Shown here: positions 42,573 through 55,144 of the stretch, in pieces
Position numbering within the stretch: the first letter of the stretch is position 1
How the letters are laid out: every line of letters begins with the position of its first letter
Assembly: GCA_000165425.1 (NCBI GenBank)
Contig: CT868019.1
Coordinates: 62,001-126,000, forward strand
Reading direction: 5' to 3'
DNA length: 64,000 nt
DNA from: Paramecium tetraurelia
Taxonomy: Eukaryota
Program-made: the position numbers and the translations under genes
The notes under the pieces: model-generated
Database searches by the model: none
The model's input: the letters and a program-made list of their open reading frames with translations, nothing else
What the model was told of the DNA's origin: nothing

Positions 42573-43625
42573 TCATTTTTAATAGTTGTTTTTCCATGAA
42601 TAGAGTCCCTCATATTTTTTATTGCTACCACTTTATTCGATCTTCTTCTCTTACCCAAATTTCTTTGATGGCACACTTTCTAATTATTTTAATTAATTCT
42701 ACTGTTTATATTAACCTTTAATCTTTTCATATGACATTTGACACTACCAACATTAGTATTATATAATTTACATCAAAAAATGGCGAAGTCAAAGGATGAT
42801 TCAATTTATGGAGATCTTTCTGATTATCCTTTTGAGTATCTGTGTTTATATTGCGTAATTTAGACTCCTATATATTGTTATTCGACATTTTACTTTAATA
42901 CTCATATCACCAAAATCTTTATAATCTCTATTGCTATCAAAATTGGACCATTTTATTTAAGGGGAAAGACTACGCTACGGTCTTAGCCACTTTCTTTCTT
43001 TGCTTCCCAATTCTTATCCAAAAAGATCAGAGAATTATTAATTTTATTTCTTAGACTAAATATTAATCTCATTCTCTATTATTTTAGAAGGACTCTTGTG
43101 AGCTGAACCATCATAATATTATTGTTGTAACTCTTGATGCTTTCTTTGTTTGGCATAATCTTTTTCGAATTCTGCCTTCTCATTCACAGATGTGAGTACT
43201 TTACCATAATGCACATTTGTCCATTAGACTGATGTATTAATTAATTATTAATTTTCAGGTGATTTAGCTACCACATCGATATTTTTAGTGTTCTCAAATA
43301 CATTACTTGATAGGTCTACTTGTTTTCGTTATTTATCGTTTCTAGTTATAGACTATTTATTAGTATTGTAGTTATTCTTAACTTAATTGAACTTTTCCTA
43401 TGTTTCTTATTCGCTTTAACCAGCATCCTAAACAAAATAGAAACTTTGTTTAGGTTAATCTTTCGGCCTATGAGGAGATGAGGATTTCAGATTTGTAGAT
43501 TAAGGATTGAATTATATGATCTATGACATTGTATCTTGAGGAGCATATTGTTTTCTTGGAGATGAAGTCTGATAGCCTAGATTACTCTTGCCTTATTAAT
43601 TACCTGGAGAATTATCATTTTTCAT
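42573..43625 (-). CDS. Hypothetical S/P/Q-rich protein
   Basis: MKNDNSPGNQQGKSNLGYQTSSPRKQ... ending KYEGLYSWKNNYQK-TGA; introns not fully mapped. Confidence 0.55.
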
Positions 43626-43905
43626 TTTTTAATATAATAATAAAATTTTTTTCCTTTGCTTTTCTTCGTAATATTAGGAAATCATATAATTATTGTAATT
43701 TAAGGCACTCAATTTTTCTTATACAAATTACCCTTCCTCTTGATTTAATATTAAGATAATTAATTTATATTATTATTTCAACACAAAATCAAGAAAATTC
43801 ATGAATTTAATGGCAAACAAATTAAGAAATTATGCATGCCTTTTTAATTAATCAAAGTAATGGAAATGAATTTTAATTTAATGATAAAATATATATATAT
43901 AATAT

Positions 43906-44262
43906 TCATTTAATTAAAATCAGATCTCTGGCTAATTTGATTAGTTTACTTTTTAAATTTTCACTCACTTCTTAATTCATTTAGAGTCCATTACAATAAA
44001 GTATTTCATGGGTGGAGGTCGTTATACGATCCTATTTAACAATGAACTCTCCTACTAGTTCATCTGTTGGAACCTCCTACTTGAACTTCTTGTTTTGATC
44101 CCAATACCATTTGTAAATCTTCTCTTTTGGTAAATTAGTAACGTTGGCTATTTCTTTGATTGTATTTTGTCCCCATTGCTATTGTCTAAGATAAAAGTCA
44201 TTTAATGTGTCGATCTGCTTTTTTGATTTTTTGAAACGGGAACATTTATTCTCCTTTGACAT
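43906..44262 (-). CDS. Small divergent homeodomain protein
   Basis: RFKKSKKQIDTLNDFY..QQWGQNTIKEIANVTNLPKEKIYKWYWDQNKK fits homeodomain spacing. Confidence 0.75.
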
Positions 44263-44788
44263 TATAATTAAATTTAAAATTGTACAAATTTCATGGCATT
44301 TAATTTTACTATCTCAAAAATTACTAAAAAATGTGTTCTAAAATGTTATTTATTCAATTTTATATTTATATTATAACAGAAAAATAAGATTAAAATTTTA
44401 TATTTATTAATATTCATTCAATCCTAATTTTATTCTTCCATAATTGTGGCTTTGATTCCAATTCATAAATTCCTTTTTTGCAAGAAATCTATATCTAAAA
44501 TTTAAAATAAACCTTAACTTTATCCATAAGCTTTTATGGTTGATCCAAATTCTTCAATCTTAACCCTTTCTATTTATTTTAAAGTCTCATAATAACCAAT
44601 TACACAACAGATATAAGTAGGATGAACAAGGAACCATAATTAAAAAGAATATCTTTTTTAGTAGATTTAGTCATCTTAATTATTAAATGCTTGTTATTTT
44701 ATTCATTTTAAGAAGGGAATAAACAAATAAATTTATAAAAGGGAAGAGAACATTGATATTTTAGATATGAAAATTTATTGTAAGCATT

Positions 44789-45821
44789 TCATCCTCTTTA
44801 ATTTGATCCTGCACTTCTATTTCTGATTTATTAAGAAACACTCGGACAAGGTCTTGCAAATGTTCCATTAGAATTTGGTCTCCAAGGTTTTTCAAATGTT
44901 TGGGTGGCACTCAATTTTTCGAATGTATTTTGTTTTGTTTTTATATCAGGACCACCTTCTTCCATATATTGAAGCACTTCGAAAGTTCCTTAAAATCCTT
45001 TTTTATTTTAGTTTGATGGTCTGAATGGATTTCCTTTATAAAGAGGTGGTTTTTTTACTAAAGGATTAATAAGTTATTACATATGGTATATCCTGCTCCA
45101 TCTACTAAGATACCGTCTGCAGTAAAGGGTCTATTTCCATGGCTAGTAGTGACAAATCTCGTTGTTCCAGGTAGTTATTTGCTTTTGTGTTGTATTCTCT
45201 CCTTTCTTTCCATTTCTTCTTGTCTATCATAAGGATCAGGAATGTATTCTATCTAACTAAATAAATTCTTTGTTGTTGTTCTGCCTAATCCTTTTTTAGC
45301 AGGGTTGGTCAAAAAGTTTCTAGCTTGAGTGATGACATTTCCAGCTGAATTTCGAGTTTTAAAGACCTTATCATTATATTCCTTCATATGCTCAAACTCG
45401 GAATGTTTACTGAATAAGTTAAATTTAATACACGGATTTTTAGTGGTCATTTGGCTTGAAGCTATGGGGATTTTTAATGGCCAATTCTCTCTCTTTATCA
45501 TAAATTTATTTAGCTTTAAATGAATCTTTATATGGGTCATCTAATGTAGTATATCCAGGCTCTGAAAACAAAGCAGGTTCATGCTTTTTTTAGAGTTTTT
45601 TATTAATTAGAATTGCTTTCTCTTTGCCTTAGCCTTTTGATAGAGGAAATATTGAATACTTTTCAAGGCATCGTTATATTAATCCCCCAATAATAAAGGT
45701 GGTGGCTAATTGAATAATCCATGGCGCTCTCTTTCATTATGTGTAAATCATACCTCTGTGAGATGTTTTCTAAATCGCGAATGTAATTGTCATTGGAAGG
45801 AACTCTATACTGAGTTGACAT
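44789..45821 (-). CDS. CFAP96/C4orf47-like ciliary protein, several introns
   Basis: GLFNQPP..LGDQY, LFSEPGY..LDDPY, ARNFLTNPAKKG, YIPDPYD, PFRPS, PWRPN..RPCPSV. Confidence 0.75.
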
Positions 45822-45840
45822 CAAATATAAATAATAATTA

Positions 45841-46224
45841 TCATAATTTTCTTTCATATTTAGAATCATAAGCATATCTATACTCTGTAACTTTGTTATT
45901 CCCTCTAATACTCTTGTGAGTTTTCCACCCTTTTTAATCCCCAGTACTGTTATTTTATAGAAACCCAGAATTTTGAAACTTCTTGTTCTTTAATACTTTT
46001 TCGGTTTGGCGATGGGTTGGCTAAACCAAGGTTTTCGGATTCTTAAATTAAACCTTAGTGGAAGTATTCCACTTTTCATCAGTGATAGGAACATGACTAA
46101 AAGCCTCTCTTGTGATTGCTGAGAAAGGCCTGCCAAATATATTTTCTGATTTGGTATATGGAATATGTCCAGAGTAACCAGGAATGGCTGAGTTCTTAAG
46201 AAGGATTTAATCTTAATTCTTCAT
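45841..46224 (-). CDS. Small protein with PGYxGHIP (PYG-repeat) motif of ciliary microtubule inner proteins (FAM166/CIMIP-like)
   Basis: MKNQDQILLKNSAIPGYSGHIPYTKSENIFGRPFSAIT...YERKL-TGA; start uncertain. Confidence 0.65.
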
Positions 46225-46311
46225 GGTTTAATAGCTGGTTCTATAGAAATGATGTTTGGTCCAACCAATCAAGTAATTCAATATTTATAGATAATTGCAT
46301 AATTATATAAA

Positions 46312-47146
46312 TCATTCAAGTTATTCTCTTTCATACAACTAAAAAGCATATATAAAATAATTACAGGTCTATCTTGATCCTCTTCATAATATTCTTCTCC
46401 TTGATAATCTTCATCTTCCAATTCAACAATATCATCATCCTCATTAATAATATCCTAGACATCGACATCATCTTCTTTGTTTTATTTCCTATCAAAGTAT
46501 TGCTTTCCACTAATCTTCTTCATCATTTCCTCTACTTAATTAAAATTCTTTTCTCTCTTCTTAATTTCATAAATCTCTTAATCGAATTTCTTCTTCCAAA
46601 GCTGTAAAACTTTCAAGTGTAACAGGGGTATTTGTTGCAAATTTAGGCATGGGTGGTATATAAATGTAGTTATCGTCAGGCTTTGAGTTTTATTGATCAT
46701 ATAATTCTTATAAGTACATTGATTGATCAAACACATAATCCTAAGTTGTCATTTATATAAATACCCTCAATGCTTCAACAACTGCAAAGACTATTGGTTG
46801 AGAATCTGCTTCTTTTTCATGATGATCAATTACTGATTCACAAACCTTTCTGGCTCTAATTAAATTATCCTAGGTGAAATTTCTACTCAATCCTTAAATC
46901 TCAAAGTGAAATCTTTATGATTTTAAAGGGTAATCGTCTGGAAAGGCAACGAAAATTTTGCAATAGACTACATTGTCATGATAAAATTAATCAGCTGGCA
47001 CGAATGGGGCAACAATTACTTAAAATGAATAAGGATGCACATCTTTTAAATTGCTCATAGTCTGATAAATAGATAGAAGATAATGCATTTAGTTCCTCTT
47101 TTTAGAACGCTCTTTGATCACATTATTCATTATGAGTTTGGATCAT
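46312..47146 (-). CDS. RWD-domain protein RWDD1/Gir2-like (one apparent extra base near 46600)
   Basis: QKEELNALSSIY, FPDDYP, IVFAVVE, TPVTLESF[shift]WKKKFDQE, ISGKQYF, acidic tail. Confidence 0.8.
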
Positions 47147-47224
47147 AATTAATTATTTTATTAAAATTCATACAATAATAGAATAGATAAGGGATATTTT
47201 GTAATGTACCAAATATATATGAAA

Positions 47225-48205
47225 TCATGCCTTCTTCTTTAATTTAGCAGCTTATTTGGTGGCAATGTCGATCTTTTTTAAAGCATTAGCTCTTTCTTTA
47301 TTTAGCTGATTTAATCTCTTGGCTCTGTATTTGGTGTGATCTCTCTTTTGGATTTTATTTAGCACCTCTCTTGACTCTGTCGCTATTCTTTCTGATTTTC
47401 ATTCATGAATCTTCTTGAACCAATTCTTAAACTGATTTGACACCAAGCCTAATTAATATTAATTTATTAAATTACAGTCTTCAAGGGTTTATTCCCAATT
47501 GTGGAATTAGACATCAAACTTAAGATCTTCCATCTTTGGTTTGTCTTCTTCTCCTTTTATAAGAGAGCCATATATTTATCAACATGAACACCAAAGATTC
47601 TGTCCTTGTGAACATTGGCATCATATTTTTCTTTCTTGTCATTATCGACAGAGAATCCTGGGAATCTTCTGTTGTTGTGGGGGATGTGAATACCACCATC
47701 AGCAGCTCCCTTTAAGGCGGCGAAGACTCTGTTACCAAGAGTTGATCTAACCAAACCAATATCAAGAACAGCAAAGAATGGTCTTTCTCTCTGGGTTTTC
47801 CTTTTCAGCTACATCATACAAGTTTCCATCAATGGTTTTATTGCCTTCATAGAATTTATCCATCTTCAATGTCTTGAGTGTTCTTCTGGCCAATAATAAA
47901 CCTGTGGCATAGGCAGCGGCATAATTTGTCAAACCACTTGTCAAACCGAATCTCTTTAATTCAGTTGATTCAGCAGCAGCCACTACCTTGTCACCCTTCA
48001 AAGTAGCGTAAATGACTTAGCAGATGATCTTAGTATTTGTGTGTCTAACAACAAATCTGTATTTTGGGGAATTGTATTTATCCTTGTCTTAGACTATCAA
48101 TCTGCTTCTTGCATAGTAGTCGGTCTTTCCTTCTCTTCGTCTTCTGAATTTGGTTTAGAATCTCTTGAAATATGGTGTTCCTTTAACAAGCTTAACAAAT
48201 GCCAT
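47225..48205 (-). CDS. RPL5: 60S ribosomal protein L5 (uL18), several apparent single-base insertions in the 3' half
   Basis: [30 protein letters not shown]...[50 protein letters not shown]. Confidence 0.95.
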
Positions 48206-48654
48206 TAATTATTAAAAAGATTTGAATTTTTCATAAATTACACCCAAACACTTATATATAATTGCAATTATTCTAGCGGTTGTTTGTTAAACTCCAAAAA
48301 TAGTCGAATATGTTCCTACTCTAATTTTCTCGTTTAATATAATTATTCAAAATTTAACAGACCTCAAATTGAATCAATATTAAAGTTGAAAACTATAATA
48401 TTAAAATTGAAGGTTTAGCAATTATCTTAGTTTTTGTTTAGATATGGGTTTGCTCTACTATTTACTATTTTGAAAATATTGATAAGTTTTGATGATAAAG
48501 AAATGTAGATAATAATATTTAAATTAAATCTTGAGAATTGAGTAATCCTTATGTTTTCACAATAAGTGATTCAATTCGTTTCAATTGTATTATTAGAAAT
48601 AAACATTTTAAATATTCAAAAACGACACTTATCATTTTATATTTTAACATTAAA

Positions 48655-49236
48655 ATGTTCATAATCACGGAATAATAACATCTACTGTTGTAAAAATTGG
48701 CCTAAACCCGTAATAATGATAAATAAAGACTAATTAGCAAATAAAGCAGATCTCTCAGACCCTCACTTTTCTTAAATGATATAAATAGCATTGTAGATAA
48801 TTCTTTTCCTACTATTTAATAATAAAAATAGGTCTAGCATGAAGAATTATCTCACAAGCCTGAAGAAATCATACAGATCTCATCAGAAAGAGAGTATATC
48901 AAACTCCCTAAGATTGGAAGATTTTCTAAACTTCGAAAATCAACCCAAACTGAAGTGAACGAATTCTAATTTTTGTCACAACAGAATTCTCCTATTCGGA
49001 ACAATTAAGATACATAGTAATTAGAAAAAAAATATTTTTCCAAAACACCTTTAAAGAACACAGGAACTCTCCTTCTTCAAGGAAATCAAAGCACAAAAAA
49101 AAAGAGTGTTAAATTCAATCCATAAATTGAAACAATTAATGAAGCAGGCTTGATTGGCAGAGAATATATCGAAATTACTTAGAGACAAAGCAGATTCAAA
49201 AAATAAATTGTTAAACTTCACACACAAGTAAACTGA
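48655..49236 (+). CDS. Hypothetical protein with RPSxFLND motif and C-terminal RVxF-like motif
   Basis: MFIITEQQ...SLRPSLFLNDINSI...KKKSVKFNPQIETINE...TQVN-TGA, intronless. Confidence 0.7.
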
Positions 49237-49278
49237 TTATCTTAAATATCTATAAATAATTATTGTCACAGAAAATTC

Positions 49279-51754
49279 TCAAAGTTATTAAGCATCTTCC
49301 TCAGTATTTACCTCTTTTTAATCACTTTATGAACCCTATTAATATTCTTCATTCATTAATAATTCGTCACTCTGCTTTTATTATTACTCACCTTATCCTT
49401 GTAATTACTCAAACTATTATAATTCTTGAGATTCATTATTATTAACGATAAAATCCGATGAAGTATCTTTAATACATTCACCAGTCTAATCAGCTTCTAA
49501 ATTAGTTTCCGCATTTTCATTCAGAGTTAATTAACCAACTTGTTCTTCTATTTTCTAATCTGCTTCTTCTAGTAATTATTAATTTTGAATCTCTTCTTAT
49601 CTTTGAATCATTTCTTGCTTCTCTTCTCTCAATTCTTTTAGGATTTTAGGTTCTTCCTTAACTTATCTTTAGGGTACTTCCTCATCATCAACTTCCTCTA
49701 GCTAAGTTTCCTAAAAAGAAGTAGATTCTTGATTAAGGTTTGTGTCATCTTTTTCCTATTACTAGGCCTCTGGTTAGACTTCCAAAGTAGATTGATATTT
49801 AACAAGAGATTTAATGGCCTTATCATTTGAGAGTAAATTAATTACATCATTCAATTTTTAATTTTTTGATAATCTTCCTTTTAATTTTATATTGAATAAT
49901 TACCTTGATCTTTGATATGATTCTCTATGGCCATATATAACATATACTTTACACTCTAAACTTTGTCTTGAGCTAATTCCACAAAAGGATTTAGAAGATA
50001 AGTTTCAAAGATGTCATCCTCTAAATTCATTACTTTTGAACACATTTAAATAAATCTATTTACATATTATATTTAAATACGATTATCTTTGATAAAACAC
50101 TGAAGACTTTTGATAGCCAATCATGCTTTCGATGATGCAGAATTTGTATTGTTCATATAAAGGTGAATTTTTGATTCCTTCAAAAAAAGAATAAATTTTT
50201 GAAGATGCTATCTTTCTTACTTATGCTACATTATCGGTGCACAACTTAAAAGCAATAGGCATAATCATTTTAAATATAATATCTGCTGGAAATATGTGAG
50301 CCATCTCATCTAATTAATTGGCTATTGATTCTCTAATTCTCCATTTCTTTTTATCTTTCTAAATAAAAAAAAATATTTCCAAAAATCCTTCTTTCTTTTC
50401 ATCTGAAAATATTTTCAAAAATTATGACAAATTCTTAACACAACCCATCAACACATTATCATTTGGTTCCTTTACAAAAATGGTCTCTAAAATAGGAAAC
50501 AAATCTATTTCAGCTCTCTCTGCTCCAATAATTTTAGCTATTTCATGAAGACTGGCGGCCAAAGTCTTACAGATTCTCTCGTTTTTTTATTTCCATAGAT
50601 GATTAAATAATTTATGCAATTATTACCATCTTGCTACTCCAACTGTCTACAAAACTGCAGGAAAACCATAAGCACATGCGAACATTACTTACTATTCAGG
50701 AAGTAATTCTCTTACATCCGAATCAGCCATTTTCAAATAGTTTTCAATTAGTTTTGGTTCGAGTTTGTCTTTCTCTATCGCTGCAATAAATCTAGCCAAG
50801 CATCTATATGCTACTCCCTTAACATATTTATTCGAATCACTAAAATAGAAATATTTTTTTTGATTACTTTTAGAATTACAACAGCTAGGGTGTAAGATCA
50901 GTAATTTTTTAATTTTATGACGACAATTCTACAATTTGTAAGAAATGCTCAACACATGCTGTCTTTACTTTTGTATTTGTTTCTTTGCATCTTTTCAAGT
51001 AGAATGGGAACAATTTTTTATTATAAAAGTCCTTTCCAACTATTTTTGCAACCAAGGGCAACTGGTTTACTGCCTCCTTTCTTACATCTTGCTTTGAATC
51101 CTCTCCAAGAGACATTACCTCGAAAGCTATAAAAGATTCGCTTAATTATATCCCGAACATTGATGAGAGCTTGCCCATTAATTACAAAGCCACTATTCTA
51201 TTATCCTGATTGAGGTCATCATGTGCCATCTTTATTATTATAGGCAATAATTGATTTCCCTTTTCATCTCCTTATAAATGAAGAGCAATCTTTGTTAATT
51301 GTTAGCCTGCAAGCTCCTTGATTTTCAAAATGCTATTCAGTAAGAAAAAGCTTAAAATTTGTATGACAGGTTACTAAGCCTATTATGCTACTTCATAGAT
51401 CAAATTGAGTTATTCTATAAACATTATCTAAATTCTTTCATCTTCAGTTTTCTATATTAAATATTACAACTATATTACATATTTTTCCATAATACCAGGC
51501 AATTTATCAATTGATTTTTATCCTAAATTTCTCATACAATAGCTAATATGCTTGGTGTAATTCTCCTTGTCTATGTTGGTCATCTTGTGGATATTAGATA
51601 ATTTGTTAAGAAGCTATTCTTAATCATCATCTAAAACAAAAGAGTGGATATCGCCTTGCTTCTGGTTCAAGAAAAAGGCCTCTTCTTTCAATATTTAATT
51701 CATTATAGACCGGTCATCTGATTTCAGTTTGGGAGAAATTTTAATGTTATACAT
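49279..51754 (-). CDS. HEAT-repeat protein, PP4 regulatory subunit 1-like, with acidic tail
   Basis: CAYGFPAVLQTVG..RW, KTLAASLHEIAKIIG, KWRIRESIA.QL, LCTDNVAQVR resemble the PPP4R1 C-terminal HEAT repeats. Confidence 0.8.
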
Positions 51755-51790
51755 ATTTTTTAAATTAATATTAAGCAATTAATGTTAGCA

Positions 51791-52667
51791 TCATGAACTT
51801 TTCTTTTTTGATATTTACTTCTTTTAAATTTGAACTTGCTTTTATTAATCATTCCGTGACAAAGGCTCATTACATTATTTCCTTTGATTTTCACTCTCCT
51901 TATTTAGTACCTCCTTTTATGATCTTTTTCGTTAATTTTTTGAATTCTTTTAAGAATTCTTTTTCTATATTCTTTATTTATCCTGCTCCAAATCCAATTA
52001 TTTATAATGCAAATTGATTTCGTTTCTAAATTTCCTGAATATAAACAAGGTAGCTCTTGCATCAATCTCAGAACTGTGTTGTCCTTATTAAATATTTTGA
52101 CCCAAATACTTCAAACACATCTTTTTTAAACCCTTATTTAATTGAGAATATTACTTGATCCCTCCTCTAATTTCAAAAAGTCTACTTTCATTAAATCTCT
52201 AGTTTAGTAATCCTACAAATCAAATTCCATAGCATCAAAGTCACTTTTTAGAGTATGTCCAATTATTGTCTTGTCTATAAATAATTATCTTTTTATCTAC
52301 CTTTAAATAAAAGTTAAAGTTTTTATTTCTCAAAGTCATTATAAACTGGCTTATCTTTAATTATTTATGGAGTTATCCCAGATATTCGAGTAATATAATT
52401 TCTTACTTTAAATCTTGGTTTGTAATATTGATCCAAAACAACATAGCCATTATAATTAACTACTGTAATTCTAGCAAGCATTTATACACTGGCTCCAATC
52501 TCATTTTTGCATTCAACCATTTCACAATCTATAGCCAAAATTGATCCTGTTTGATTCTGACTTCCAGGAACAGGAAATCTAACATCAAAATTTTAAATAG
52601 CTTCTGTTATTGTTTAAAGTTTCTATAATTCTTAGGGAACTTATTTATGTAAAACCTTATTGAACAT
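51791..52667 (-). CDS. DEDDh RNA exonuclease, REX4/ISG20-like
   Basis: LAIDCEMV, LARITVVNY.G.VVLD.Y.KP, NYITRISGI, IGH.LKSDF, HSSEIDARAT. Confidence 0.85.
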
Positions 52668-53004
52668 AATTAAAATCTGATAAAAATAATTTCTACAAAT
52701 TATTTATTTAGCGAGCCAAACGAGTTTATTAATACAATATTCTTTATTAATTTTGAACTATTTAAGATTTTTTAATGAATAAAATTAAATTAATAATGAT
52801 GCATTATTTAAACTATTTACTTTAAATCTTACAATTAATGTTACTCCAAATAGAATCAATGTAATCATAGTTTAGGTTCTTATGTAATTTATTTATTATA
52901 AAAAAAAGATTGAATAAATTAATTTTTATTTTTTAATCATTGTTCAAACAGTAAGAATCTTTAAAAATTTACAACAATTTGGTTATAACATTAAAATAAA
53001 TATT

Positions 53005-54697
53005 TCAACATGTAAGTTGATATAATTCTAAACTAGCTAAAATTTAGAGCCTTTCAGTTTCAATTAATTCTTCTTAAACTCTTCTCTTAAATCTTGATAA
53101 GGATCTATCAACTGAATATTCCATCAATTTTGAGTTTTTCGAAGAACCCAAATCATTCATATTTTATGAAAATTAAACCTCTTCATTTATGGATTTCTAA
53201 ATAAATAATCAAATTACGTTTTCCTTAAAAGAAACCTCTTCCATATCCTTAGTGATCTTTTCTTCATCGTCCTTGTCCTTTTAATTAAGCTCAATCACAC
53301 TCATTGCTATTTCTTGAAACTATCTCTTTTTTTCAGGATTATACAGTTCTCTTTCATCTCTTGTACAAAGATCTTAAGCTTTGAATTCTTTAGAAATAAC
53401 CTTCCTTCTTAATTCGAAGTTTTTATCATCCTTCATATGTAAGTAAATTAACTTGCATCTATCTACATAGTGAGATTCTAGTCTTCCTTTGTGTTGCACA
53501 TTCAATTTAATATGAACAAACACTTCTATATCTAAAGCCAAATTTCTTATGAATTGAAATAACAATGTATCAGATAAAGTAATAATTTCTTTTTCCTATT
53601 GACTAATAGAATTTTATTATTTATGCCACATGTCCTTTAATTCCTCAACCCCGTAGAATATCACTGAAAAAAATTTCTCTCTCACTTCTTACCTTTTCTT
53701 TTCAAAATTAGATAAATTTTATTCCATTTATCTGTATCTCTCAACCCAAGCTTTCATCTTTTCAATACTAGTATTTGAAATGTTTTTATAGGGTTAAGAG
53801 GTTTATTTTATTGTTTCGTTTGTAGTGATTTTAGCTGTTGGAACCTCTTTATAAATTGATTTTTTTTTTGAATCCTCATAACATATATTATTTTATTATA
53901 TAACATGAACTTAGTTTTGCAAGTACCCTTCTTTAGTTTTGATTTTCTTTACCATTTTATCGAGATCTATTTTCCCTTCATTTAATTCTACTTCTTCTTC
54001 TCCTTCCTCTTCAATTTACATATAATTTTATCTTTCATTTATCTTATTCTGATAATACTTTTGGTCACTATGATTTGTATTTCTAGAATGAAGACTTTTT
54101 TTGATATGTTCTGGAATGACATTATTACTGATTTATTCTCTACATGTATCACAATTTACTACTCCATAATCTAATTTATTTATCAAACATTCAACATGGA
54201 ATGCTTTTTCACATTAATTACAAAGGACAAGAACCTAGTCAGGATTCACATATTGACCACAAAAACAGGATTTTAGTGCAGGTAAAAATTCTTTCAAAAC
54301 GTACTATTGTCTCATTACATATCCTTTTTTTTATTTCATTTAAATATATTCATGTAGCTTAGATAATAAAACCTTTTCTATAATATCAGTTATTTTCCCT
54401 TTTTTCAATTATTCAGTCTTAAACACCTCAAACTGTCCATGATGTGGTTGCTTACCTAATAAAAATTAATAAATTAAAATAGAGCAATTATATTTATTTT
54501 TCTAATGTGAGGTTAAGCAATAATTATAAATAATAAATACAAGATATAAAGCAACCTGTTGGTAATTCTTCACCCAATATATATTCAAAATATTCGAACC
54601 AATCTTCTTCTTAGTTTAAATTCTCGATTTTACCTATTCCAAATCCCTTTCCCTTTTTAAATTTGACAAAATCAGAAAAGGTATAGTTCTTACTCAT
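53005..54697 (-). CDS. BAH-PHD-TFIIS central domain protein (chromatin reader/transcription regulator)
   Basis: BAH-like GEELPTG^KQPHHGQFEVF...; PHD CFC..YVNPD...CNQC..FHVEC...CDTC; TFIIS-M-like ALDIE..HY..RCK.IY.HMKDDKNFELRRKVIS.EF...L...ERELYNPE. Confidence 0.8.
54456..54555 (-). other. Unusually long (100-nt) GT..AG intron or insertion in the BAH domain
   Basis: Removing GTTGC...TTAG restores the frame and the EBS/SHL-like motif; read-through shifts the frame. Confidence 0.7.
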
Positions 54698-55144
54698 TAA
54701 ATTATTTATTTTATTAATTGCTTATTGGTTTGATTTTGCTAGTCTTTAATATTATTAATTTTCACACAATATAAGCTACTCAATTTTAAGTTTAATTTTA
54801 GATTATATTTGTTGAATTGAAATAATTTAAGGAACTAATCAATCAGTTCAATTTATAAACTAATTAAACTATATTAGAATTTAATATTTTAGGAGTAACA
54901 AAAAGTTATTTAAAATATACATGCATTTTTAAATATTCTATTATTTTATTTCTACATTTTTAGATTTAGTAGTAATACAGAGAAGGGTAGTTTGATTTTA
55001 ATGATAGTTATTATTATTATGTTATAAAGTTTGATATATGGTTAAATATAATAGATAGTAAATATATTTTACACAGATTAAATACTACAAGAGTTATTAA
55101 AATAAATATTTTGCAATAATTTTATATAAAATATTAATCTTAAA

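Noticed and set aside
46374..46607. Hydrophobic plus-strand ORF in the ORF track
   Set aside because: Antisense of the acidic D/E tail of the RWD protein
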